Assembly (NCBI GenBank): GCA_025058515.1
Contig: JANXDW010000028.1
Location: 3,540-67,539 of the forward strand
Source of the DNA: Aigarchaeota archaeon
Lineage (GTDB): Archaea; Thermoproteota; Nitrososphaeria_A; Caldarchaeales; Wolframiiraptoraceae
Direction of reading: 5' to 3'
DNA: 64,000 nt
Shown: positions 1 to 9,549 of the stretch, piece by piece
Position numbering within the stretch: the first letter of the stretch is position 1
Layout: each line of letters starts with the position of its first letter
Notes under the pieces: model-generated
What the model was told of the DNA's origin: nothing
Databases searched by the model: none
What the model saw: the letters and a program-made list of their open reading frames with translations, nothing else
Translations under genes and position numbers: made by a program

Positions 1-463
1 TTACATCTATACTATGCTTTCAGAACTCGGATTATATGATACTATACCTGGATTGATCATAACATATAGTGGTTTATTTACTCCATTTGCAGTCTGGATC
101 CTTACAAGCTATTTCAGAGGGATACCTAAAGAGATTGAAGAAGCCGCTCTCGTTGATGGAGCGAGTAGGCTCAGTATTTTCTCTAAAGTGATAATCCCCT
201 TATCTCTTCCAGGCATAGCTGTAACAGCTATTCTTTGCTTCATCATAATTTGGTCTGAGTTTCTCATTGCATATACTATTACACTTACATATAATGCTAG
301 ACCAGTAACGATAGGAACTCTCTTATTTGTAGGATTATACGAGCTTCAATGGTCTGAGGTCGCTACCGCAGCACTAATAGCTACACTACCAGTCCTCATA
401 ATTGCATTTTTAACTAGTAAGTATATTGTCAAAGGTCTTACAGCAGCTGTCATCCGAGCGTAA
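1..463 (+). CDS. Carbohydrate-type ABC transporter permease, C-terminal part (5' end outside window)
   Basis: Frame of ORF 14-463 is open to the window edge. EAA-loop motif EEAALVDGASRLSIFSKVIIPLSLPG is typical of MalG/UgpE-type permeases. Sequence is hydrophobic and helical. Confidence 0.8.
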   Translation, partial: YIYTMLSELGLYDTIPGLIITYSGLFTPFAVWILTSYFRGIPKEIEEAALVDGASRLSIFSKVIIPLSLPGIAVTAILCFIIIWSEFLIAYTITLTYNARPVTIGTLLFVGLYELQWSEVATAALIATLPVLIIAFLTSKYIVKGLTAAVIRA

Positions 464-731
464 AACACTCCTTAATCTCTTATCATTAATAGATATTTTT
501 AAGTTGTGATTAATATAGACTTCAAACTCCAATCATTAAGTTGATAATTTCATTTATATAAATACTTATAAAATAAATATATAAATACTTATTAAAAAGG
601 CGCTTGATGCAGTGGAGTTACTCTTGTTAAGTTTTAGAGAATGTTTTTATCATATGGTGATTTTAATATTTTAATTTGATATATATGTATTTACGGTTAA
701 ACTTAAATATTACCAAAACAATTATAATTAC

Positions 732-2990
732 ATGCGAAAAAATTGGTTAAAACATAGACTATCCATCTATGTATTGGTTTGCAATTTCATCTTACTAGCG
801 GTTTTAACAATCCCTAATTCATTCACAGTAACTGCTATGCCGCAGCTACCAATTCCACCTGGAATACCGCGAGGAGATGTATTAGTAATAGAGAATGGAG
901 TAGTATGTCCAGGAGGATGGGGACCTGATCCCTACCAGTTTAACTATTATCAGGTAGGGTGGGCAACTGCATGTACAGGTTTTCTGCAAACAGGCTGTGG
1001 TAGTCCATTATGGTATATGAATCTAACTTCTGGAGAATTAATTCTCTGGCTTACTGAGAAACCTCCAATTTACTCTACAGATTATAAAACTTTATGGATT
1101 ATGTTAAGGAAGGGAATTAGTTGGAGTGATGGACACCCCTTTACTGCAGATGATTTAATATTTACTATTGAATATTGTAGGAAGTATCCAGAGCTTGGAT
1201 TGTGTAATGTTCGTATAACGACCAATGTTGAATCGGTACGAAAATTAGATGATTATACTGTTGAAATCAAGTTGAAGGAACCAAACCCGTATTACCATTA
1301 TGAATGGACTATGAGACATTATGGATGGCCTGTAAACTTCTATGTAATTCCAAAACATGTATTTGAGAAAATTGAAGACCCTGTTAAGTATAAATTCTAT
1401 CCTCCTGTATGTCTTGGTCCTTATAAAATAGTAGATGCAGACCCCACTGGTAAATGGTATCTCTGGGAAAGATTAGAAAATTGGTGGGGTACAAAACTTC
1501 TTGGTATAAAGCCGTCACCAAAATATATTCTATTCGTAGCTTTGGGAAGCCAAGAAAGATCTGTAATTGCTATGGCAAATAATGAATTAGATTTTACCGA
1601 GTTTACTTCAGAATACGTTAGAATCATAATGGATAGAAATCCATATGCATGGGCATGGAATAAAAGAGATTTCCCATGGGCTTGGACGAGAGATGAAGGG
1701 ACGAGAGAACTTGTATTTAATATATTAAAGTATCCGTTTAATTTAACTGAAGTCCGCTGGGCTTTAACTTATGCTATAGATTACAAGGTTATATTTGATG
1801 CTTACAAAACACCTGATGGTTCATCTATAGTCCCCAATCCACTTCCAGTATCAAGATTCTATCCATTAGAACAACTTTATGTATCTGGATTAAAGACAGA
1901 ATTAATGAAGTACAATCTAGACACTACTCCACCATCCTATATACAAGATTACCTGAGAGTATTAGGATTAGACGATGCTATAACATGGTATAAACACGAT
2001 TTAGAGAAGGCTGAAGAACTCCTTAAATCTGTAGGTTTCTATAGAGGAAGTGATGGTAAGTGGAGATTACCTGATGGAAAAATCTTTGAAGTTAATCTAA
2101 TCTCATTACCTGGAGCAGAATTCTCATTCCCACTAGTACATATTGTCGCTGATCAATGGAGACGGTTTGGAGTAGATGTTAAACTAGAAGTTATAGAAGC
2201 ATATTGGGATAGAGTTTATAGCCATACGTGGGATGTAGCTTTCGAATGGCCTGGAGGTGGCTTCCCAACTCTTGATTGGTGGGAAACTCCTAGAGAATGG
2301 CATAGTAAGAACTGCGTACCTGGAGCTAGGCTACCATGGGTTGGTTACATTATGTGTTATGGACTTCCTCCGGAAAAGATACCAGAAGGTGTTAGGAAGA
2401 ATATTGAAGTTGCTAAAACAGTATTCCCAGATAGAGAGAAACTCGATAACCTAGTAGAAAAATATATTGATACACCTCCATGGGATCCGAGAATAGTTGA
2501 TATAGTTAAAGATCTTCTTAGTATACATCTAAAATATAAGTTCTGGATAACGGTCTTCTCTCCAGCCAGATATATGGTTGGTAATAGTTACTGTTGGGAG
2601 GGATGGCCCACTCTTAAGGAGAGATATGCAGAGCCGAAACCTTATTGTTCATCATTCTTATTCACCATACTTGGATTGAAGCCTTCTGAAAGATGTCCCA
2701 TAAAGGAATCTACGACTGAGCCTGCTAAGGTACCTAAAGGTTTGACGGTTGAATTAAAACCTCTTGTATCAGAATATCCTCCAACTGTTACACCAACTGT
2801 TATAACTACACCTACTATGATTACAATTACAGTAGTAGAAGAAAGAACGAGGACTATTATCTCTACTATAACTACTAAAGTTGTTGAAGAAGTACCTACA
2901 ATCGATTGGACATTACTAATTACAATGGCGTTGGTAACCTTGGTCATAGGAGCTGCGGGTGGATATTTAATACGGGCTAGGAAAAAGTAG
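732..2990 (+). CDS. ABC transporter substrate-binding protein, family 5 (Opp/Dpp class), C-terminally membrane-anchored
   Basis: 752 aa with N-terminal signal/TM (LSIYVLVCNFILLAVLTIP). A Thr/Val/Pro-rich linker (PPTVTPTVITTPTMITITVV) precedes a C-terminal TM helix and RARKK. First gene of an operon with 2 permeases and 2 ATPases. Confidence 0.85.
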   Translation: MRKNWLKHRLSIYVLVCNFILLAVLTIPNSFTVTAMPQLPIPPGIPRGDVLVIENGVVCPGGWGPDPYQFNYYQVGWATACTGFLQTGCGSPLWYMNLTSGELILWLTEKPPIYSTDYKTLWIMLRKGISWSDGHPFTADDLIFTIEYCRKYPELGLCNVRITTNVESVRKLDDYTVEIKLKEPNPYYHYEWTMRHYGWPVNFYVIPKHVFEKIEDPVKYKFYPPVCLGPYKIVDADPTGKWYLWERLENWWGTKLLGIKPSPKYILFVALGSQERSVIAMANNELDFTEFTSEYVRIIMDRNPYAWAWNKRDFPWAWTRDEGTRELVFNILKYPFNLTEVRWALTYAIDYKVIFDAYKTPDGSSIVPNPLPVSRFYPLEQLYVSGLKTELMKYNLDTTPPSYIQDYLRVLGLDDAITWYKHDLEKAEELLKSVGFYRGSDGKWRLPDGKIFEVNLISLPGAEFSFPLVHIVADQWRRFGVDVKLEVIEAYWDRVYSHTWDVAFEWPGGGFPTLDWWETPREWHSKNCVPGARLPWVGYIMCYGLPPEKIPEGVRKNIEVAKTVFPDREKLDNLVEKYIDTPPWDPRIVDIVKDLLSIHLKYKFWITVFSPARYMVGNSYCWEGWPTLKERYAEPKPYCSSFLFTILGLKPSERCPIKESTTEPAKVPKGLTVELKPLVSEYPPTVTPTVITTPTMITITVVEERTRTIISTITTKVVEEVPTIDWTLLITMALVTLVIGAAGGYLIRARKK

Positions 2991-3031
2991 AGTGAAGAAA
3001 TCTTTTACTTCCCCCTCATTTATTTTTATAT

Positions 3032-4057
3032 GTGGTAAAAATGTTGCCAAAACACCTTATTAAATACTTTCTATTTAGGATCCTAATTTTACTTGCTACA
3101 ATTTTTACAGCATTTACCATAACCTTTGTAATATTAAAGATTATGCCAATTGACATAGTCAACAATATTATAGCTAGAAGTATGGCTGTTACAGGTGCGG
3201 CATTAGGAGATCCAGAAGCAGTTCGGAGAATGTATGAAATATATTATGAAATATTTGGTCTTAAAGGAACCTTCATAGAACAGTACGTAAGTTTTCTAAA
3301 CAGGTTTCTAACAATGGATTTTGGAATTTCTATTCTCGCTCGACCTGCTACAGTTCAAGAAGTAATCTCCTATAGATTACCATGGACTGTTGCTCTTTTA
3401 GTATTTTCAACCATTCTTTCATGGGTTATAGGAAACATTATTGGAGCTGTAGTCTCACTTTTCGAAGGATCGAAATTATCCAATATTCTACAATCTTTAG
3501 CTATTATACTATACCCAATACCATACTATGTGTTTGCACTTGTTCTGATCTATATATTCGGATATATTATTCCATTATTCTCTCTTACTCCTATCCGCTT
3601 ACCGTCAAATATCTTCTCTCTAGAATTTATAATAACAGTTTTCAGAGCTATGACTTTACCTGCGTTATCAATAATAGTTATCGGTGCTCTAGGATGGTGG
3701 TTTCTTAGTTCAAGAGCTATGGCATTGAATATTATTTCTGAAGATTTCTATCTCTATGGAGAGATAAGAGGGCTTCCTAAACTACATCTTTTAAAGAAAT
3801 ATTTACTTAAGAACATTCTTTTACCTCAGATAACAGCTTTAAGCATAAATCTAGGAACTATATTTGGTGGAGCTCTACTTACAGAGATATTATTTAATTA
3901 TCCTGGACTTGGGACACTTCTTTACCAAGCTGTCAATGCTGGCGATTACCCTCTAGTACTTGGGATAGTTTCAATGTCGATAATAGGCGTTGCAGTTGCT
4001 ACATGCATCATGGATTTACTTTACCCACTGATAGATCCGAGGATCAGATACAGATAA
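3032..4057 (+). CDS. Opp/Dpp-class ABC permease (DppB/OppB type)
   Basis: 341 aa polytopic membrane protein ending LIDPRIRYR, typical of DppB-type permeases. GTG start; operon position supports the call. Confidence 0.85.
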   Translation: MVKMLPKHLIKYFLFRILILLATIFTAFTITFVILKIMPIDIVNNIIARSMAVTGAALGDPEAVRRMYEIYYEIFGLKGTFIEQYVSFLNRFLTMDFGISILARPATVQEVISYRLPWTVALLVFSTILSWVIGNIIGAVVSLFEGSKLSNILQSLAIILYPIPYYVFALVLIYIFGYIIPLFSLTPIRLPSNIFSLEFIITVFRAMTLPALSIIVIGALGWWFLSSRAMALNIISEDFYLYGEIRGLPKLHLLKKYLLKNILLPQITALSINLGTIFGGALLTEILFNYPGLGTLLYQAVNAGDYPLVLGIVSMSIIGVAVATCIMDLLYPLIDPRIRYR

Positions 4058-4071
4058 TGAGGTGAGGGTAT

Positions 4072-4956
4072 ATGGGAGTAAGGTTAGTTGTTCAGGGTCT
4101 CTTTAAAAACATTATCAAAACACGTAAGATGGGTTTAAAGTTTAAGGCAGGGGCCACAATATTCTTCGTGATTATGATTTTTGGATTATTATCTTTTCTA
4201 ACTCCCCACTATCACAGTTATTGGTATCATTTTCCTCAGGCTCACCCTCCTTCTCTACAGTCAGTAGACTTTATTTTTGGAACTACTTCAAATGGACGTA
4301 GTGTTTTCTGGTCATTAACAAACGCAATCGTTAATTCACTTATTATAGCAGTTGTTACTTCGATGTTAGCATGCCACATTGGTTTAATTATCGGCATACT
4401 CTCTGGAATTAAAGGAGGAGTAATTGACAAGATCATGATGTTCTTAACCGATTCTTTCATAGCAATACCTGGCTTACCTCTAACAATTATGTTAGCGATG
4501 ATTTTGAAACCTATAATCAACCTTTTCCTACTTGGTGTCATAATATCTATTATTTCTTGGCCGTGGTCTGCAAGAATGATAAGAGCTATAACATTAAGTT
4601 TAAGAGAAAAAGATTTTGTTATTTTTGCAAAATTCTCAGGAATGTCTACATGGAAGATAATCTTTTCTGAAATATTTCCACACATTCTTGGATTCCATGC
4701 AACAAATATAATTAACACTATGTTAGGTGCGATAGGGGCTGAGGTAGGTTTAGCTTTTCTCGGGTTATCTATAATAGAGATGGATACTCTCGGCACTATG
4801 ATTTACTGGATACAGAGATATGGTGCTATTCTTCAAAATATGTGGTGGTGGGTAGTACCTCCAATCGCAACATTAATACTGCTCTTCCTCTCATTATACT
4901 TAGTTTCTACAGGCATCCAAGAATTTCTAAATCCTAGGCTTAGGAGAGTCAAATAA
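4072..4956 (+). CDS. Opp/Dpp-class ABC permease (DppC/OppC type)
   Basis: 294 aa polytopic membrane protein ending FLNPRLRRVK. Its stop abuts the start of the next gene. Confidence 0.85.
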   Translation: MGVRLVVQGLFKNIIKTRKMGLKFKAGATIFFVIMIFGLLSFLTPHYHSYWYHFPQAHPPSLQSVDFIFGTTSNGRSVFWSLTNAIVNSLIIAVVTSMLACHIGLIIGILSGIKGGVIDKIMMFLTDSFIAIPGLPLTIMLAMILKPIINLFLLGVIISIISWPWSARMIRAITLSLREKDFVIFAKFSGMSTWKIIFSEIFPHILGFHATNIINTMLGAIGAEVGLAFLGLSIIEMDTLGTMIYWIQRYGAILQNMWWWVVPPIATLILLFLSLYLVSTGIQEFLNPRLRRVK

Positions 4957-5948
4957 TGAATGATGAAGTATTGAGAATAAAGAATCTTTCTGGCGGATAT
5001 CTAGTAAAACGTGACAATACTCTAGATTATATTGATGCAGTAAATGATGTTAATATAATTATTAAGAGAGATGAAGTATTTGGAATAGCTGGTGAATCTG
5101 GATGCGGTAAATCAACTCTTCTTAAATTATTATATGGTTATGTTAAATCACCATTAATCATTAAGAAAGGAGAAGTCCTCTTATCTGAGTCCACAAATTA
5201 TTACTTAAATATTCTCTCATTAAAAAATGAAGAGGTAAAAAAGAAGATTTGGTGGAAATACATTTCCTGGATACCTCAGAATTCAATGAACGTATTAAAT
5301 CCAACTATTAGAATAAAAGATCACTTCCTAGAAATTTTGAGAATGCATATGAAGATAGAGAGAGATGAAGCTCATAAACTCATTGTAGAATATCTTGGTC
5401 TCTTAGGTCTTTCTAAAGATATAGTAAATGCCTTCCCTCACCAATTAAGTGGTGGAATGAGACAGAGAATAATTATAGCTTTAGCTCTAATAACTAGACC
5501 TAAAATAGTTTTAGCAGATGAGCCTACGACCGCACTTGATGTAGTTGTACAACGAGGGATACTTCAGTGGTTAGGATACAAACAGAGAGAACTGAAAAAC
5601 ACGATGATAATAGTTAGCCATGACCTTAGTATTCATGCAATGTTAAGTAAAAGGATTGGGATAATGTATGCTGGTAAAATTGTTGAGATAAGTCGATCTG
5701 AAAATATTTTTGAAAAACCTCTACATCCATATACCCAGTTACTACTATCCTCACTTCCTAGATTAGGAGATAAATCCTTACGGATAGGTATAACCGGTTC
5801 TCCTCCAGATCTTATAAGACCGCCGCTAGGTTGCAGATTTCATCCTAGATGTCCTTATTGTATTGAGAGATGCATAATTGAAGAGCCAGATCTTACAGAG
5901 GCCGAGAAAGACCATTTTATCGCATGTTCGAGAATTGAAAAGAGGTAA
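4956..5948 (+). CDS. Opp/Dpp-class ABC ATPase (OppD type)
   Basis: Walker A GESGCGKST, signature LSGGMRQR, Walker B LADEPTTALD, C-terminal GCRFHPRCPYC cysteine motif. Confidence 0.9.
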   Translation: MNDEVLRIKNLSGGYLVKRDNTLDYIDAVNDVNIIIKRDEVFGIAGESGCGKSTLLKLLYGYVKSPLIIKKGEVLLSESTNYYLNILSLKNEEVKKKIWWKYISWIPQNSMNVLNPTIRIKDHFLEILRMHMKIERDEAHKLIVEYLGLLGLSKDIVNAFPHQLSGGMRQRIIIALALITRPKIVLADEPTTALDVVVQRGILQWLGYKQRELKNTMIIVSHDLSIHAMLSKRIGIMYAGKIVEISRSENIFEKPLHPYTQLLLSSLPRLGDKSLRIGITGSPPDLIRPPLGCRFHPRCPYCIERCIIEEPDLTEAEKDHFIACSRIEKR

Positions 5949-5952
5949 GATT

Positions 5953-6936
5953 ATGGATAATAAGAATACTGCTCAATTACTTGTATTGAAGAATATTAAT
6001 AAGGTATTTCGTTACGGATTCTTCGGATTTGAATTCAAAGCATTGGACAAAGTGAATCTTACAATAGAACATGAAGGAATAATTTACACTATAGCGGGTG
6101 AGAGCGGTAGTGGTAAAACTACATTGGCAAGAATTATCTTAGGTGTACATAAGCCTGATGAGGGACTAGTGGAGTATAAAGGTAAGAATATTCATAGCTT
6201 GAAAAGTTCAGAAGCTAGATGGTTTAGGAGAGAAGTACAAGCAATATTTCAAGATCCATACGCAACATTTAATCCAATGAAAAAAGTCTACTCTTACTTA
6301 TATGAAACAGTTAGATCTTTTCTCGGATTTCACGATGAATCAGAAATAAATGAGTATATCAACAGCAGATTGCTAAGTATAGGTTTAAAATTAGATGATG
6401 TAAAGGAAAAATATCCTCATGAATTTTCAGGTGGTGAACTTCAAAGAATCGCAATAGCAAAATCCCTCTTAACAATGCCTAAATTAATAATTGCAGATGA
6501 ACCAGTTTCAATGCTTGATGCTTCCTTTAGGATAAACATTCTTAACTTATTTAAGGATCTTAAAAGAAGATATAATATCTCTTTTCTATACATTACTCAC
6601 GATCTAGCAACAGCATATTATATAAGCGACTTTATTGCTATTCTATATAGAGGAACTATTGTTGAAAGGGGACCCACAGAAGATATATTAAGAAACCCTC
6701 TTCACCCCTATACTCAAATATTATTAGACTCGTTACCTGAACCCGATCCGAAGAAGAGAGATAAATACATGAAGCCTTTAAAACTATCGGAGATTGAAGA
6801 AAAAGAATTTACAGTTCAAGGATGTAAATTTTCATTTAGGTGCTCTTATTCTAATGAAAAGTGTTTACAAACTCGACCACCTGAAATATTAATTAATAAT
6901 CGAGTCATCAGCTGCTGGCTTTACCATTATAAGTAA
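5953..6936 (+). CDS. Opp/Dpp-class ABC ATPase (OppF type)
   Basis: Walker A GESGSGKTT, signature FSGGELQR, Walker B IADEPVSMLD. I prefer the ATG at 5953 (MDNKNTAQ) over the track start 5878, which overlaps the preceding gene by 71 nt. Confidence 0.85.
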   Translation: MDNKNTAQLLVLKNINKVFRYGFFGFEFKALDKVNLTIEHEGIIYTIAGESGSGKTTLARIILGVHKPDEGLVEYKGKNIHSLKSSEARWFRREVQAIFQDPYATFNPMKKVYSYLYETVRSFLGFHDESEINEYINSRLLSIGLKLDDVKEKYPHEFSGGELQRIAIAKSLLTMPKLIIADEPVSMLDASFRINILNLFKDLKRRYNISFLYITHDLATAYYISDFIAILYRGTIVERGPTEDILRNPLHPYTQILLDSLPEPDPKKRDKYMKPLKLSEIEEKEFTVQGCKFSFRCSYSNEKCLQTRPPEILINNRVISCWLYHYK

Positions 6937-7282
6937 GACATTAAGTTATAAAATTAAACCTCCAATTATTATGCTATTTATCGAATAAATTCTCACATTT
7001 AATTCTAATAGATAATATTCTTTTGTACTCGATACATCTTCACTATGTTAATTAAATAAATCACGAGTTTTCCCTCAAAATCAAACAAAACAATCAACTT
7101 TTATTTCTAATAACCTATTTAATGATTACAGTTGAAGGATAAATCATCATTCTCAAGTATTCAATTATTTCTTACATTGTTATGATGTTTTGAAGGAGAG
7201 ATGAAAATCTAAAGAAGCTGTACCATCATTGTTAAAATTCTAATTCGGTGTTACGGTATTCTTTATAATTTTTATTAGAAAA

Positions 7283-9331
7283 ATGAGAATGTTAAAAATA
7301 AAATATATAAATCATATATTAGAAGAATTAGATGTGATTAAGGATATGTTAGGAAGGAATGTGTTTGCTGTTGATACTTCTCGAAGTCCTTATGCACTCT
7401 TAAAGCCTGTTTCTATTACTAGTGTTAAAATTACTGAAGGATTCTGGAAGATGCGTATTGATGCAGTTTTTCAGAATACTTTAATGTCTATATATAGGAA
7501 GTTAGAAGAAACGGATAGAATAAATAGGTTTAGATGGGCTGCGAGAGGCTTACCGATACAATCTGATAAAACGGTTTTTCCATTTGATGATACAGATGTA
7601 TATAAATGGATTGAAGCATGCGCTTATAAGCTAGCTCAAGCACCAGATGAAAATCTTGAAAAATTAATTTCTCAAATAATCTCTGAGATTGGCTCTGCTC
7701 AAGAGCCAGATGGATACTTATTCACAGAACTACATGGAAAACATGATTTAAGATGGAAAAATCTAGCATTCAATCATGAAATGTATACTGCAGGTCATCT
7801 AATACAAGCTGCGATAGCATGGTATAGAGCAACCGGAGATTCAAGTTTACTAAATATTTCTACGAAGTTTGCAGATCTAATTACTGAGACATTTAAGCCA
7901 GATGGGTTAAGAGGAGCATGCGGGCATCCAAATATTGAGATGGCCTTAGTAGAACTCTACCGAGAAACAGGTAAGAGAGATTACCTTGATTGTGCAATTT
8001 ATCTAGTTGAAGAAAGAGGAAGATCATTGATAAGGTCCGATGGAGAACGTGGTTTTATAACAGTATACAATATATTCGGAGGAGCGGAGTATCTTGTCGA
8101 CCATCAGCCTTTCAAAGAATTGAAAGAGATCGCTGGGCACGCAGTTAGAGCATTATACCTTAACTGTGGAGTTACAGATATCTATGCTGAGATAGGAGAT
8201 AAAGAGTTACTATTAACTTTGCATAGATTATGGGAAGACATGACTCAATATAAGATGTATATTACTGGTGGAGTAGGCTCAAGATACATTACTGAATCGT
8301 TTGGAGAACCGTATGAGTTGCCTAATATGAGAGCATACTCAGAAACATGTGCAGCAATTGCTAACTTCATGTGGAATTGGAGAATGTTAGGAGTAACATG
8401 CGATGCGAAATTCACAGATATTATGGAACGAACGATATATAATGGGATATTATCAGGCATATCTTTAAATGGTACACGATTTTTCTATATGAATCCTTTA
8501 GCAAGTAGAGGTCAGTACACTCGTCAAGAATGGTTTTTATGTGCGTGTTGTCCACCAAACATCGCTAGACTTTTAACTTCATTACCAGGATACATATACA
8601 GCGTTTCAAATGAAGGAATCTGGATGCATTTCTACACTAGTAATACTTCTAGTATAAAATTCAACAATATAGATGTAAAAATAACTGTGAAGACAGATTT
8701 TCCATGGAATGAAAAAGCTGAAATACTTGTTGATCCAAGTCAAGAAGAAAAATTTACTGTATTCTTATACATACCAAGTTGGTGTGATAATCCAGTAGTA
8801 AGAGTTAATAAAGAAAGAGTGAAAGCTACACCTAAAACATACCTACCTATTAATAGAGTATGGAGGTCAAATACGCTTATTGAGGTAGCTTTCCCAATGA
8901 AGGTTAAGTTCAACATAGCAAATCCACTCTTAGAAGAAAACTTTGGAAAGGTAGCATTAAGTAGAGGACCCTTAATATACTGTTTTGAAGAGGTGGATAA
9001 TCCTAAAGTTAATCTATGGAATATTTTAATAACCGATGAAAAAGATGTTAAACTAAGTTACCTGAATGATTTAAGTAGTATTGTTGGTTTACAAGTTAAT
9101 GGAATTGAGCTTATTGAAGGTCTTAGAGATTACTTATATCTTCCTATTAATGAGTTAAAAGTTCGATCTAAGAAAATTAAGTTGAAAGCTATCCCCTACT
9201 TTGCATGGGCTAATAGAGGCATGGGTAGTATGAGGGTATGGATTCCATCAACGAAGCGATTCACTATATTGGAAAGTCGATTACGCAGTAAGAAAGAAGC
9301 TAGGATGAAAGTAAGAAAAACTAAAAGATGA
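7283..9331 (+). CDS. Glycoside hydrolase family 127-like (beta-L-arabinofuranosidase / DUF1680 type)
   Basis: 682 aa. SETCAAIA (Glu-x-Cys) and CACCPPNI (Cys-Cys) resemble the Zn/Cys catalytic site I recall for GH127. The start could instead be the internal Met at 7346. Confidence 0.7.
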   Translation: MRMLKIKYINHILEELDVIKDMLGRNVFAVDTSRSPYALLKPVSITSVKITEGFWKMRIDAVFQNTLMSIYRKLEETDRINRFRWAARGLPIQSDKTVFPFDDTDVYKWIEACAYKLAQAPDENLEKLISQIISEIGSAQEPDGYLFTELHGKHDLRWKNLAFNHEMYTAGHLIQAAIAWYRATGDSSLLNISTKFADLITETFKPDGLRGACGHPNIEMALVELYRETGKRDYLDCAIYLVEERGRSLIRSDGERGFITVYNIFGGAEYLVDHQPFKELKEIAGHAVRALYLNCGVTDIYAEIGDKELLLTLHRLWEDMTQYKMYITGGVGSRYITESFGEPYELPNMRAYSETCAAIANFMWNWRMLGVTCDAKFTDIMERTIYNGILSGISLNGTRFFYMNPLASRGQYTRQEWFLCACCPPNIARLLTSLPGYIYSVSNEGIWMHFYTSNTSSIKFNNIDVKITVKTDFPWNEKAEILVDPSQEEKFTVFLYIPSWCDNPVVRVNKERVKATPKTYLPINRVWRSNTLIEVAFPMKVKFNIANPLLEENFGKVALSRGPLIYCFEEVDNPKVNLWNILITDEKDVKLSYLNDLSSIVGLQVNGIELIEGLRDYLYLPINELKVRSKKIKLKAIPYFAWANRGMGSMRVWIPSTKRFTILESRLRSKKEARMKVRKTKR

Positions 9332-9549
9332 GACTATAAATCATTCTATTTTTCTAAAATGCGTCTAGACATCCTCATTTATTTTATACGATTAAACTAT
9401 TTATCCAATGACTAATTCTCTATTCACATCAATTTTCAATGTATTTATCAATAAGTCGACACAAGTAAAAAATAATGGCTTTGGATAAAAATAAAAAGAA
9501 AATCTAAGTTCAAAGGCTGATAAGAGATCAATCTTATACTTTATCTTTT

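Noticed and set aside
4242-4796. 184-aa minus-strand ORF, together with similar antisense ORFs at 14930-15364, 46387-46776, 58960-59355, 33339-33638 and 2642-2947
   Set aside because: All are embedded antisense in genes with strong family motifs and carry no motifs of their own. Long antisense ORFs are expected in AT-rich coding DNA.
5878-5952. Track start of the OppF-type ATPase at 5878
   Set aside because: It would overlap the preceding ATPase gene by 71 nt and add a basic, non-conserved leader. The ATG at 5953 follows the upstream stop by 4 nt.
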